Assembly: GCA_040398075.1 (NCBI GenBank)
Contig: JBBAUR010000006.1
Coordinates: forward strand, 22,318 to 86,317
Source: Bdellovibrionota bacterium
GTDB taxonomy: Bacteria > Bdellovibrionota_C > UBA2361 > OMII01
Direction of reading: 5' to 3'
Length of the DNA stretch: 64,000 nucleotides
This document shows positions 1-10,058 of the stretch, piece after piece. The translations under genes and the position numbers were made by a program. Below the pieces are notes generated by a model. That model made no database searches and was not told where the DNA came from. It saw only the letters and a program-made list of their open reading frames with translations. Numbering within the stretch: the stretch's first letter is position 1; each line of letters begins with the position of its first letter.

Positions 1-778
1 AAGAGACCGATACGCTGCAACGCTTCGAAAGCCTGCTTTTCGATCGCTAGGTTCTCTGGAATACCGAGCTTCTCGGCGCATAGTCGAGCGAGTTGCTTAC
101 CTTCCTTCTGTCGAGCGGGATCGCTGTGCGTGACGCCTGAAGCAACCTCCGCCATCAAGCGCATGTTATCCTCGATCTCTCGCGGGATTACAGCTTCAGA
201 ATCACTCAATCTCTGGTCTATGAAGCACAGCGTTGCCTCCCTGACAGCCTGCTTCTTCCGCTTCGCCTCTTCAGCTCGCTCAAGCTCCTCGACGACCTCA
301 ACCGTTCTCGGCTCGAAATCATCCTTGTCCCGCTTGAAGTGGATCTTTTGGCGGATCAAAGCCACACGCAGGCCGGCGTGCCTAACGAGATCATTATTTC
401 CGAAGTAGGCCTCATTGAGTTCCTGAACCGTGTAAGTTCGTACATCCTCGTGAACGAAAGACCACAGCTCTGCTACATCGAAAGCCTTTGCTTGTTCTTC
501 TATCTTTGCGTGCAGCGCGGAGAGTTCAGCCACACGAGCTGCGGTGGATCCTAAGTTATTTCCTTCGCTGCCGGGCAGTTGGTAAAGCCTCCCCTTGCCA
601 AGCTCGACTTCACGACCGCGGAGGTTCAGAACGATATAACGATCTTTCTTGGGAGCAGTAACTACTCCGAGGATAATCGACCCCTCATCCTCGTATTGTA
701 CGAAGCTACCAACGAGGGGATCGACGGAAGGTGATTTAGGAGATGAGGCCTTACTGGAGCCTTTTGGAAACATACTCA
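1..778 (-). CDS. Hypothetical protein, 5' part only; the ORF runs off the window start. Possibly the N-terminal region of an RNB-family exoribonuclease.
   Basis: My own reverse-complement translation of 1-778 gives an uninterrupted ORF of about 259 codons starting MSMFPKGSS...ILGVVTAPKKDRYIVLNLRGREVELGKGRLYQLPG. It is absent from the ORF track because it has no in-window stop. It lies in the same orientation as the downstream pyrF operon. Confidence 0.45.
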
Positions 779-835
779 TGCCGACGGTACTCTGCGCGAC
801 GACCTACTTCTTGTCAAATCGCGAATAGCTATGCT

Positions 836-1759
836 TTATCCCAGCGCCTCTCGCAATTGACTATTGAACGCGTCTGCATGGCTTCGGATCAGGTCGAGAA
901 ACTCCTCACTAGATCTTGGCTTTCCTGCGACTAATCCCCGCGAAACATTTACCAGGCCGCCGCCCTTCAACCCATCTCGCACGCCGAATCCTGCAACGGA
1001 ATCGTCAGCCGTTCCACCCTGAGCACCCAACCCAGGGATCAAGAAGTAATTCGCCGGCAGAATAGCACGTAGAGCGCGCGCCTCTTCCGGGTACGAGGCG
1101 CCAACTACCGCTCCAAGACCCGACCAACCACATGAACCCGCCAAACGCTCGGCGTTATTAGCAAGCCAGCGGGCGACATGCTCAGTCACGGAAAAACCAT
1201 CACACTTCAATCCCTGAAGGTCCTTTGCACCCGGATTTGATGTCCTCAACAAGACGAAGACACCCTTGTTGTTTCGCTGACAGTCAGACAGAAATGGTTC
1301 AAGCGTATCAAATCCCAGAAACGGGTTGATAGTGAGCGCATCACATTCGAAGGCGGTCAGAGCACGACCTCGCACTTTGACAGCCCCCAGATATGCCGAA
1401 CTGTATGCAGCGGCTGTCGAGCCGATATCACCGCGTTTTGCATCAATGATCAGAAGCACGCTCGCCGACTGCGCAGCATCACACAAACGCTTGAAGGAAT
1501 GGAGCCCCGCAAGCCCGTACTGCTCGAAGAAGGCGATGTTCGGCTTTATCGCCGCAACTCTTCCCTTCGTTGCCTCGAGGAAGATCTCAGTGAATTGATC
1601 CAGTACATACTCGATGAACTGCGCGTCTGAGGAGGCGTACTTGTCCGCCGACTCCAGAAGATAAGCTGGCAGCGACTCGAGCACCGGATCACACCCGGCC
1701 ACCAAGACACTCTTTGAGTGAGCAATTGCGGCTTGTAGCCTATCAGCGAACGGAATCAT
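836..1759 (-). CDS. pyrF: Orotidine 5'-phosphate decarboxylase, type 2
   Basis: Translation carries IKPNIAFFEQYG...LLIIDAKRGDIGSTAAAY, characteristic of type-2 OMP decarboxylase. Start chosen at the internal Met MIPFADRL, giving a 4-nt ATGA overlap with the upstream gene; the track ORF extends to 1864. Confidence 0.8.
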   Translation of the reverse strand: MIPFADRLQAAIAHSKSVLVAGCDPVLESLPAYLLESADKYASSDAQFIEYVLDQFTEIFLEATKGRVAAIKPNIAFFEQYGLAGLHSFKRLCDAAQSASVLLIIDAKRGDIGSTAAAYSSAYLGAVKVRGRALTAFECDALTINPFLGFDTLEPFLSDCQRNNKGVFVLLRTSNPGAKDLQGLKCDGFSVTEHVARWLANNAERLAGSCGWSGLGAVVGASYPEEARALRAILPANYFLIPGLGAQGGTADDSVAGFGVRDGLKGGGLVNVSRGLVAGKPRSSEEFLDLIRSHADAFNSQLREALG

Positions 1760-2856
1760 GCAGAATCTCCCACCATTCGACGGAGCACCTCGAAGGGATC
1801 CTTGTGGGGCTCCTCGTCGATAATTCGCTCTATCTCTCGAATCCTTTTCAGGAAAGCATCCCACGTTCTACCCTCTCTTTCAAAGAGTCGCCGAAATAAA
1901 GAGAGATCTGTGAGGTAAAGCTTGAGCTGCACAATCTCGGCATTGTTTACCTCCTTGAGAAGCTGCAACTTAGGATACCGCTCCCGAAACGGGTGCAGGT
2001 GTTGTTCGAACACCGCAGCCCGTCGCTCTATTTTTTCCTCCGCAGAGAGGGCTGTATCACCATACAACCGCTGTAAATCACCGTAGAGCGACTCCATGAG
2101 TGAGCTCAGATCGTACTGAAGCAATCTGTCTCCCGCGGCAACTTTCAACCTGGCAGCGTGGTCGTCACACCCCTTTTCCCGGTCGTCACATGCACCTCTC
2201 TTGGCCTTGAAATAGGCGAGAGCGCCCTCGGTACCTACGAAATTAGCCAAACTCTCGTTGAATGCGACGTTGTTCTTGATCCACACGGTTGAATGCACGC
2301 TTTCGTGAATCACAGTATTCACGATCCGTGACGGAGGATTTTTGAGAGTAGTGGAGAGCACCGGATCATCGAACCATCCAAGCGTGCTGAATGCCTCCGT
2401 ACCCCTAACCGAGGTCTCGAAGCCCTGCTTCTCGAGGTCTCTAGCTTCGGCTAGCGCATCATCTTTTTCGAAGAACCCCTTGTAGGGTACCCGACCGACT
2501 ATCGGAAACCACCATAATCGGAGAGCAAAAGCATCACGCTTTGATCCCACGACGACCCATGCAAGGGGATCTCTCTGCACGGCGCTATATTTCATAAATG
2601 AGCCGCCCGGATCCAAGCCCAAGGCCTGCGCAAAACTTCTCGCGTCTAGCACCACTTCGAGCTTCTGTCGCTGCTCTGGTAATGTTTCGGGATCATGTAT
2701 GACATTCTGTATCTGTCTACGACTAAGTAGGATCTTGCTCTGCTCGAACGCTGCACGCATCAGATAACCACCCGAGCATCCCGTGCACACGAGCACCGTG
2801 CCGATAAGGAGCACAGCCGATAACAGTACCCACACTGCGCTGCTGCCTCTTACCAT
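1756..2856 (-). CDS. Predicted Zn-dependent aminopeptidase lipoprotein (COG4324-like, HExxH)
   Basis: HESVH zinc-metallopeptidase motif. N-terminal signal peptide with lipobox LLIGTVLVCTGCSGG when started at MVRGSS. Overlaps pgpA upstream and pyrF downstream, so operonic. Confidence 0.65.
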   Translation of the reverse strand: MVRGSSAVWVLLSAVLLIGTVLVCTGCSGGYLMRAAFEQSKILLSRRQIQNVIHDPETLPEQRQKLEVVLDARSFAQALGLDPGGSFMKYSAVQRDPLAWVVVGSKRDAFALRLWWFPIVGRVPYKGFFEKDDALAEARDLEKQGFETSVRGTEAFSTLGWFDDPVLSTTLKNPPSRIVNTVIHESVHSTVWIKNNVAFNESLANFVGTEGALAYFKAKRGACDDREKGCDDHAARLKVAAGDRLLQYDLSSLMESLYGDLQRLYGDTALSAEEKIERRAAVFEQHLHPFRERYPKLQLLKEVNNAEIVQLKLYLTDLSLFRRLFEREGRTWDAFLKRIREIERIIDEEPHKDPFEVLRRMVGDSA

Positions 2857-3386
2857 AAACCTGGACCTCCCCACGATAATCCATACCCTCGAGCCATAGG
2901 CGTAGCTGCCTGAACTACTACCCACGCCAAAGCACCTGCCACGAGGTCATCCAGCATGACTCCGTATGCGCCCGGCAGCCGCTCTGCAGTCCTCACCGGC
3001 CCAAGTTTCGATATATCGAAGGCCCTGAACACGACGAAGGCGAAAAGCACCTGCGTAATGCTGCTCGGATTGGCACCCACGAGAGCTACACACATGCCCG
3101 CCCACTCATCTATGACTATCCAGCCAGGATCCTGCTCGGAGAGTTGTCGGAGGCTTGCGGCGACGGCTATGGTGCCAACAACTACCACCACAACGAGCAG
3201 CTCAACGTGCGTCAATACAGAGCTCGACAGTAGGTTGATTTGGAGTGCGCACCACGTCAATGCTGCTCCGAGGGTTCCAAAGGTTCCCGGAGCTGCACCA
3301 GTGGCGCCACTTCCGAAGCCTATGCTGATCACATTCGCCACTCTCGACGTGATGGTGGGGGCGTTTTTTTCCTCAGCAGTCGTCAT
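2850..3386 (-). CDS. pgpA: Phosphatidylglycerophosphatase A
   Basis: GFGSGATGAAPGTFGTLGA and IDEWAGMCVAL...RAFDISKLGP...ERLPGAYGVMLDDLVAG are PgpA signatures. Start set at the internal Met MTTAEEK for a length of about 179 aa; the track ORF extends to 3611. Confidence 0.75.
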   Translation of the reverse strand: MTTAEEKNAPTITSRVANVISIGFGSGATGAAPGTFGTLGAALTWCALQINLLSSSVLTHVELLVVVVVVGTIAVAASLRQLSEQDPGWIVIDEWAGMCVALVGANPSSITQVLFAFVVFRAFDISKLGPVRTAERLPGAYGVMLDDLVAGALAWVVVQAATPMARGYGLSWGGPGLW

Positions 3387-3823
3387 GCAGGAACTATTGT
3401 GAGCCGCTCGGGAGAACGCAAGAGGCATCAGTCGAGAGAGGTCTTTTTCTCTCCGCCTGCGATATCGTCTCGTTTTGAGTCGAAATGTACTCGCTAAACA
3501 CAGCGCCTGCTCAAATGCAAGTATCTGCGCAAGGGGTATTTTCTCAAAACTTGTTTGTTGACGCACGATCCCCCACTTTGCTATAAACCGCTTAAAGTAA
3601 TTTGTCTTCACCTGACCGAATTCTTGTGAGTGTGCGCCTTAGACCGATGTCTAATGTCGAGGGGCACGCCTCACGTGCGTAAAGTGAAGAGGAGAGAGCG
3701 GGCGTGGTGCTGCACAGAAGGCTTGATGAACTTCCGATAAGATTACTCGGATATCAGATGCTTTCTTCTGGATTTTTCGGATCTGCAGCCCTACAATGCC
3801 GGCTCTTTGATTAGCGGAGCAGT

Positions 3824-4780
3824 ATGGACAACCCCTTCAATGAGAGCGACGAGGGATTTTTTGAGTCAGAGCCAGCGCAGGCAACTCCTTCTACATCCAG
3901 CTCCCCTGCTTCCAGTGCTCTTGACCCAGCGAGCAACGACCGAGACGAGCGCAGCAGCGTTGTAGCAGCTCGGGGGACGGCCGAAGGATTAGTACTGCGA
4001 ATCGACGGAAGGGTAACTTCGGCAGACCTTCAGGTTGCGGTTAGAGACTTCCTGGATTCCAGACGGTCGTTCCTTTCGGGCCACGATGTAGCCTTCGAGT
4101 GGATCGGACGGAAACCGGATGACGAGGCGATACAGGAGCTCACCGCCCTTGTTTCCTCGGAGTTCTCCATCTCGGTACGGAGCTCGCGACTCAAAACTGC
4201 TGTTCCGAAACAACCCAACGTAAGTAGCTCTCAGACTCTAAGTGCCCAGGCACCACAACCAGGCCTCTCCATAGTGGGAGGGACTCCACGCACATCCACC
4301 AGCCGACAGGCTGCTCCGACTGTAGACAAGGCCGTGAGCCTCTTCGATGGCATGGAGGGCTTTGATACCCGCTCGAATACCGGGGCTTCGATGCTGTGGG
4401 ATGAGCCGGATGCACGTATCATTTACGGAACGCTCCGCTCGGGTCAAAAGGTGGAGACTGAGCACTCAATCGTCGTTTTCGGTGATGTGAACTCCGGGGC
4501 AGAGGTAATCGCCGGAGGGGATATCGTCATCCTTGGAACGCTCCGGGGGATCGCCCACGCCGGCGCTTACGATGAAAGCGGTGGCGGGCGCGTTATCTTT
4601 AGCCTCAATTTGCAACCTACGCAGCTTCGAATCGGGCTCGTCATTTCGCGGGGGGCAGGTGGAGACCGCAGCGAGACCTCGCCACGCGGTGGGGGAGCAG
4701 AGGTCGCTCGCGTCGAAAGCAATATGATAGTTGTTGAACCATACCAATCTCGAACCGTCTGGGTACGTCGAAGGGAGTAA
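3824..4780 (+). CDS. minC: Septum site-determining protein MinC, with a long low-complexity N-terminal or linker region
   Basis: C-terminal beta-helical domain GTLRSGQKVETEHSIVVFGDVNSGAEVIAGGDIVILGTLRGIAHAG. Immediately followed by minD and minE. Confidence 0.8.
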   Translation: MDNPFNESDEGFFESEPAQATPSTSSSPASSALDPASNDRDERSSVVAARGTAEGLVLRIDGRVTSADLQVAVRDFLDSRRSFLSGHDVAFEWIGRKPDDEAIQELTALVSSEFSISVRSSRLKTAVPKQPNVSSSQTLSAQAPQPGLSIVGGTPRTSTSRQAAPTVDKAVSLFDGMEGFDTRSNTGASMLWDEPDARIIYGTLRSGQKVETEHSIVVFGDVNSGAEVIAGGDIVILGTLRGIAHAGAYDESGGGRVIFSLNLQPTQLRIGLVISRGAGGDRSETSPRGGGAEVARVESNMIVVEPYQSRTVWVRRRE

Positions 4781-5614
4781 TTGATGAATACGAGGAATTC
4801 TGGAGCCGGAGGTAAAAAGGACCTAGGAGAGGTAATCGTTATCACCTCCGGGAAAGGTGGAGTGGGAAAAACTACCACCACCGCCAGCTTGGGCGCTGCG
4901 TTAGCTTTGCGAGGACAACGCACGCTGGTAGTAGACGCTGACATCGGACTCAGAAACCTTGACGTCATTCTGGGACTGGAGAATCGCATCGTCTTCAACC
5001 TGGTGGATGTAGCCAAAAAGATCTGCAAACCCTCCCAAGCTATAATCAAGTCTAAGAAGTCCAATAATCTCTTTTTGTTACCGGCGTCTCAGACTGACGA
5101 TAAGGACGTTATCGACGAGGCAGAGGTTCGCTACGTGCTCGACCAATTCCGCCGGGAATTCCATTACATTTTGGTAGACTCGCCGGCAGGGATCGAGCAA
5201 GGGTTTCGCAATGCTTGTGCTGGTGCAGATTCTGCAATCGTTGTCACGACTCCCGAAGTTTCTGCTATTCGCGATGCGGACCGAGTGGTGGGCCTGCTCT
5301 CTTCGAAGGGCATAGAGGCCCGGCTAATCATCAACCGGATCGACTTCGACATGGTTCGGCGTGGGGACATGCTCTCGGTTCGAGACGTCCAAGACATCTT
5401 AGGTGTCGAGATCCTCGGGGTCATTGAGCGTGATGAGCAGATCATCGTTGCCGCAAACTGTGGAGAGCCGGTCACCTATAATCCAAAATCGAAGGCGGGA
5501 CAGGCTTTTACGAGAATTGCGGGGCGTGTGTGTGGCGAGCCGATACCGATCCCCAATTTAGCCGGTGGTTCCCTCTGGGATCGCCTCACCCGCAAATTAG
5601 GCGTGAGCACATAG
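4781..5614 (+). CDS. minD: Septum site-determining ATPase MinD
   Basis: Deviant Walker A motif GKGGVGKTT. Full-length similarity to the MinD/ParA family. Confidence 0.95.
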   Translation: MMNTRNSGAGGKKDLGEVIVITSGKGGVGKTTTTASLGAALALRGQRTLVVDADIGLRNLDVILGLENRIVFNLVDVAKKICKPSQAIIKSKKSNNLFLLPASQTDDKDVIDEAEVRYVLDQFRREFHYILVDSPAGIEQGFRNACAGADSAIVVTTPEVSAIRDADRVVGLLSSKGIEARLIINRIDFDMVRRGDMLSVRDVQDILGVEILGVIERDEQIIVAANCGEPVTYNPKSKAGQAFTRIAGRVCGEPIPIPNLAGGSLWDRLTRKLGVST

Positions 5615-5697
5615 CCGATTTTATCTGTACGAGGACCCCCTTTGCGGATAAAGTCAACAAATCGAACGCAGTTGAGTCACTAATGGAGTTCTAGAAC

Positions 5698-6027
5698 GTG
5701 TTCAACACACTCAAGAGAAAGCTCTTCGGGGATAACAGCGAGAGCAAAGCAGTTGCAAAAAGCAGGTTACATTTCGTTCTTGTTCAGGATCGGACGGGCC
5801 TGACGAACGAGGAGATGGCCGGATTTCGGGAAGAGATGGTTAAAGTTATCGAGAAGTACTTCGTCATCGACAAGGAAGGTTTCGATATCAAGTATCACCG
5901 CCTCGCTGATACTACGACCCTCCTTATCAACTCGCCGGTGATCGTTCGAAGGGTAGGGTCTCCCACTCCGAATTCGATACCCGTGACCATGGACGAGCCA
6001 GAGGGCGCTGCAGCATCAAACATTTAG
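5698..6027 (+). CDS. minE: Cell division topological specificity factor MinE
   Basis: N-terminus MFNTLKRKLFGDN...SKAVAKSRLHFVLVQDR matches MinE. At 109 aa it is somewhat longer than typical. Confidence 0.85.
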   Translation: MFNTLKRKLFGDNSESKAVAKSRLHFVLVQDRTGLTNEEMAGFREEMVKVIEKYFVIDKEGFDIKYHRLADTTTLLINSPVIVRRVGSPTPNSIPVTMDEPEGAAASNI

Positions 6028-6053
6028 GTCACGCCCGCGTCTTAGGTAGCAAA

Positions 6054-6089
6054 CCCGCATCCTTACAGTAGTCGAGGCTGCGGGTTTTT
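6054..6089 (+). terminator. Rho-independent terminator after minE
   Basis: Stem cccgcatcc / ggctgcggg followed by a TTTTT run, about 25 nt after the minE stop. Confidence 0.6.
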
Positions 6090-6233
6090 CCATTTCCACA
6101 TCCACCGCCGCCCGACTTCACGACGAGTGCCGCACGGCTGGTATCCTGACGAGCCTCCGCGCTCAAATGCCGCTGGTCATCTGTACACCTCGTCACTGAC
6201 AGGATTAGAATGTCGTTGGACTTCACTTAGACG

Positions 6234-7544
6234 GTGCATATGCTTCGACAGTTCAACAGATTCATCATCCTGGCGTTACTTATCGGAGTAACTCTCTACA
6301 TAACACTCACCAATTCCGAGCGGGCGACGCTGCAGCTCGGCCCAGCCCTCCAAATCACTACGAATGCGGGAGTTCTATACCTCGGCATCTTCGCCGCTGG
6401 CTGCATAGCCGCGTCGATGATCGCCCTTTTCTTTGGCTTCAAAGGCTACATGCGAGAGCGGCGCCTCATCGGTATGGAGCGAACTCGGCAAGCATTTTTT
6501 GAGTTGTTCGTGAAGGCGAGAAACCTCATGGCTGCACACGAATGGAACGCCGCGAGAAACGTGTGGGAACAGGTCCTTCGAAAGGACCCTGAGAACATCA
6601 TCGCCAAAGTAGAGCTCGCAACCTGCCTTGATACCCTCGGGGATAGTCGAGAGGCACTCAGGGTGCTCGACCTACTACGAGCGGAGAAGCGATCGAATGC
6701 CGAGATCCTATTCAAAGCCGCAGAGCTCAATCAGAAACTGGGGAACGACACAGCGGCACGTGACAACATCGCTCTCGTAGTATCCGAATTTCCGAGCAAA
6801 CGTGCTCTCGAGCGCGCACGCGATATCTCGGAACATATGAACAGGATCGACGATGCAGTCGAATATCAGAACGAGATAGAGCGCGCAGGATATACGGATG
6901 GCTCGACTGCTGCTGTCAAAACTCGATTACTACTTGCCCAGCTCGTTCAACAATCGCCAAGCGACAGCTCACTGCGCGAGAGCTTGCAAGCATTTGTAAA
7001 GCGCCACTCCGGGTGTATCGACGCCCTCGATAGGCTCGCTCAACTCGAGATGGCTCAAGGGTGCTTCGAGGAGGCCGCTGAGCTCTTGGTGAAGGCAGCT
7101 AAGGCCTCGGGAGACGAGCCGGCAAGGTGGCTCAAGGTGGTCGACCTGTGGCTTACGAAAGCACCTGGTGATTTCGTGAAGCGAGCAGACCGTGCGTTAG
7201 CCGCAGCTCGGAGCGCAACCCGTTCGAGCACCGGCTCAGCACGCATTCGTGCCGAGCTCGTCGTAGCTCAGACCCTACTCGCCCTGCACAAGTACGAGGA
7301 TGCGCACACTGCACTGAAAAATCTCCCCTCACTTGCAGAACGCGAGGGGGTTGCGCTAACCGGAGAGCTTAAGCAGACTCACACTGCGTTGAGCGGACTG
7401 TGTCTCTCGCGCTTGGGTCTCATCAGCGAAACTGCCCCTCTGTGGCAGGAACTCGGCGAGCCTCAGCAAACATCGACCGGATCACGCGGAAGTCCGGTCT
7501 CTGCTGCGCGGTCTGAGCCCTCTCCGGCTCTTTCCACCCCCTAA
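6234..7544 (+). CDS. Membrane protein with an N-terminal LapA-like (DUF1049) two-TM segment fused to TPR repeats
   Basis: Hydrophobic N-terminus FIILALLIGVTLYITL and GIFAAGCIAASMIALFFGF, followed by TPR-like helical repeats (EWNAARNVWEQVLRKDPEN...). Confidence 0.6.
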   Translation: MHMLRQFNRFIILALLIGVTLYITLTNSERATLQLGPALQITTNAGVLYLGIFAAGCIAASMIALFFGFKGYMRERRLIGMERTRQAFFELFVKARNLMAAHEWNAARNVWEQVLRKDPENIIAKVELATCLDTLGDSREALRVLDLLRAEKRSNAEILFKAAELNQKLGNDTAARDNIALVVSEFPSKRALERARDISEHMNRIDDAVEYQNEIERAGYTDGSTAAVKTRLLLAQLVQQSPSDSSLRESLQAFVKRHSGCIDALDRLAQLEMAQGCFEEAAELLVKAAKASGDEPARWLKVVDLWLTKAPGDFVKRADRALAAARSATRSSTGSARIRAELVVAQTLLALHKYEDAHTALKNLPSLAEREGVALTGELKQTHTALSGLCLSRLGLISETAPLWQELGEPQQTSTGSRGSPVSAARSEPSPALSTP

Positions 7545-7566
7545 TTATTGTCGGTCGAGAGGCACC

Positions 7567-9087
7567 ATGAAAAAACCCACCCTGCTCTGTATCCTCGATG
7601 GCTTTGGTATCAATCCCAACCCACGCGGTAATGCAGTCTACCACGCCAAAAAACCCGTATACGATGAACTCATAAGAACCTGCCCTAACGCGACCCTGGT
7701 AACATATGGCGAAAGGGTAGGCCTTCCCGCTGGCCAAATGGGGAATTCAGAGGTTGGCCACCTGAACCTTGGAGCAGGACGTGAGGTTGAACAGTGGCTC
7801 CTGCGGATCAGCCGTGCCTTATCGGGGCCGTTCCTCGCGGAATCGGCCGAATACCGGGCATTCCTTGCAGCCACGGCCACTTCCAAGAGGATTCATGTGG
7901 TCGGACTCTGCAGTACAGGAGGGGTGCACTCGCACTCAGAGCACCTTGGACTGCTCCTCTCTCGACTCGACCAGGACGTGAAATCATCAGAGATCGTCCT
8001 CCACCTGATCAGTGACGGGCGCGACGTGTCTCCTACCTCTTTTGACAAAGATCTCAGTAAGCTTTTGGTTGAGTTAGAGAGATACCCGCGTTGCTCCGTT
8101 GGCTCGATCTGCGGCCGCTTCTACGCGATGGATCGAGACAAGCGCTGGGAACGAGTCCAGGTTGCTTATGACGCAATTGCTCTCGGAAAAGGTGTATTAA
8201 CCGATAACCTACTGGCGTATATCAAAGATTCCTACGCGCGCGGAGTAACAGATGAGTTTCTCGAGCCCGCCGTCACCTCGGCACGCCCAGTCGAGCCTGA
8301 AGATGGGTTGGTATTCTTTAATTTCCGCGAAGATCGCATGCGCGAGATAGTAGCATCTCTCTGCGTGTCGGAATTTTCCGGATTTACGCGCAGCCTACCC
8401 TTACCAGATCGGAACCGGGTGCTGTGTTTCACGGATTACGATCACACCTTCCACCTACCAGCACTCTTCGCGCAGATAGATATCCGTAACCACATCGGAG
8501 AGGTTCTTTCAGCGGCAGGTTTAAAACAGCTACGAGTAGCGGAAACCGAGAAGTATCCGCACGTGACCTACTTTTTCAACGGAGGAATAGAAAGAGCCTA
8601 CGAGGGTGAGGAGCGCAAAATGGTTCCATCACCACGTGACGTGAAAACGTACGACCAGAAACCGGAGATGAGCGCTTTTGGGGTAGCCGAGACAGTTGTG
8701 GAGGGCATCCGCTCGGGATCCTATGATTTCATCGTAGTAAATTTTGCAAACTGTGACATGGTGGGACACACTGGAGTGCTCGAAGCAGGTATCAAAGCTG
8801 TAGAAACTACTGACACTTGCTTGGGGCAGATCCTTGCGGCCTTGAAAGATGCTGGTGGGCAAGCTGTCATCATCGCGGACCATGGCAATGCAGAGCAGAT
8901 GATCAACTACGAGGACGGCTCTCCTCACACCGCTCACACTACCTACCCCGTACCGGTGATTGTAGTGGGCTGCCCCGAGAGCAGCGCGTTGCGCTCTGAT
9001 GGCGCACTCTGCGATGTTGCGCCAACGCTCTTGAAGATGATGACGATTCCACAACCTCGCGAAATGACCGGCAAGAGCCTTTTCTGA
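7567..9087 (+). CDS. gpmI: 2,3-bisphosphoglycerate-independent phosphoglycerate mutase
   Basis: LLCILDGFGINPNPRGNAV...GNSEVGHLNLGAGR and the metalloenzyme core are iPGM signatures. Length 506 aa. Confidence 0.95.
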   Translation: MKKPTLLCILDGFGINPNPRGNAVYHAKKPVYDELIRTCPNATLVTYGERVGLPAGQMGNSEVGHLNLGAGREVEQWLLRISRALSGPFLAESAEYRAFLAATATSKRIHVVGLCSTGGVHSHSEHLGLLLSRLDQDVKSSEIVLHLISDGRDVSPTSFDKDLSKLLVELERYPRCSVGSICGRFYAMDRDKRWERVQVAYDAIALGKGVLTDNLLAYIKDSYARGVTDEFLEPAVTSARPVEPEDGLVFFNFREDRMREIVASLCVSEFSGFTRSLPLPDRNRVLCFTDYDHTFHLPALFAQIDIRNHIGEVLSAAGLKQLRVAETEKYPHVTYFFNGGIERAYEGEERKMVPSPRDVKTYDQKPEMSAFGVAETVVEGIRSGSYDFIVVNFANCDMVGHTGVLEAGIKAVETTDTCLGQILAALKDAGGQAVIIADHGNAEQMINYEDGSPHTAHTTYPVPVIVVGCPESSALRSDGALCDVAPTLLKMMTIPQPREMTGKSLF

Positions 9088-9189
9088 GCCACGGAAGCAC
9101 CCCAGCCCGAGGGCTCCATAGAGACTTGGCTCACTTGCCTAGCTCGGCACGGTGACGCAACTCTCTGCTCCGTAAGCCGATAGATCGGC

Positions 9190-9969
9190 ATGAGCTCTCC
9201 GTACATCACGGCTATTGTGCGCAGCCTGGAGGTTCTCTTTCCGCGGGAGTGTCTGGTGTGTCAACGACCCCTGAAGGGGTGTTACCTGTGTTTCAGGTGC
9301 AGACCCCCAGCTCCTCAGCTCCACGAGATCATGACGGGACGATGCACAGCCTGCTTCTCTCCCCGCGTCGGCTCATTTGACGACGATGGGCCCTGCCCGG
9401 TTTGTATCCACTTTCCCCCGATACCGAACCGGACCCGTTTTTTATGGGAGTATGGGGGGCTCATTCGGGATCTCATACGCACCATGAAGTATCGGCCCAG
9501 CCCTAAACTCACACGGTTAGCCGGTGAGTGGATGGCTCACGCCCTTGTGCACCTTTTCGAGGAGCAAACGTGGGACCTCGTCGTTCCGATCCCCTCCTCA
9601 CCGATCGCCTATCGCAGACGCCTCTTTCATCCGTGCGGTGAGCTCGCCAGGTTTGTAGCCCGTAAGACGCCAACTTCGGTTTACTCGGAGGTTCTGAAGC
9701 ATAGCTCTCATCGCTCCCCCCAAGCACTCCGTACACATGCTGAGCGACTTCGAGGCCTCAAGACATTATTTACGTGCACGCGACCAGCTCATGTCTGCGG
9801 GAAACGGATCCTCGTAGTTGAAGACGTTATAACGACTGGGGCGACTATAAGCGCGGCAGTGTATGCACTGCGCTCTGCGGGAGCGGTCGACGTTGATGTA
9901 TTCGCTTTGGCAAGAACCCCGGTGTGGAGCCGCTTCCGTTCCCGAATCGGGGCTATATTCAAGCACTAA
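9190..9969 (+). CDS. ComF-family protein / phosphoribosyltransferase domain protein
   Basis: N-terminal Cys-rich zinc finger (CLVCQRP...CYLCFRC) followed by a PRTase motif ILVVEDVITTGATISAA. Confidence 0.75.
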   Translation: MSSPYITAIVRSLEVLFPRECLVCQRPLKGCYLCFRCRPPAPQLHEIMTGRCTACFSPRVGSFDDDGPCPVCIHFPPIPNRTRFLWEYGGLIRDLIRTMKYRPSPKLTRLAGEWMAHALVHLFEEQTWDLVVPIPSSPIAYRRRLFHPCGELARFVARKTPTSVYSEVLKHSSHRSPQALRTHAERLRGLKTLFTCTRPAHVCGKRILVVEDVITTGATISAAVYALRSAGAVDVDVFALARTPVWSRFRSRIGAIFKH

Positions 9970-10058
9970 AGGTGCCTTCTCTTTCATACTTGACGTGCGG
10001 AACGCGCAGGCCATACTACGCAAGAGACCAAACAGCTACAGTCATCTATAATTGCTCC

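Noticed and set aside
130-554. Plus-strand ORFs 130-408 and 339-554 from the track
   Set aside because: Low-complexity translations that lie antisense to a clean, uninterrupted minus-strand ORF spanning 1-778; treated as shadow ORFs.
4567-5064. 165-aa minus-strand ORF across the minC/minD junction
   Set aside because: Antisense to two highly conserved genes; Pro/Ser-rich junk translation.
5698-6027. MinE being unusually long (109 aa)
   Set aside because: The N-terminal MinD-interacting helix and topological-specificity region are normal; a C-terminal extension of ~20 residues is within the family range.
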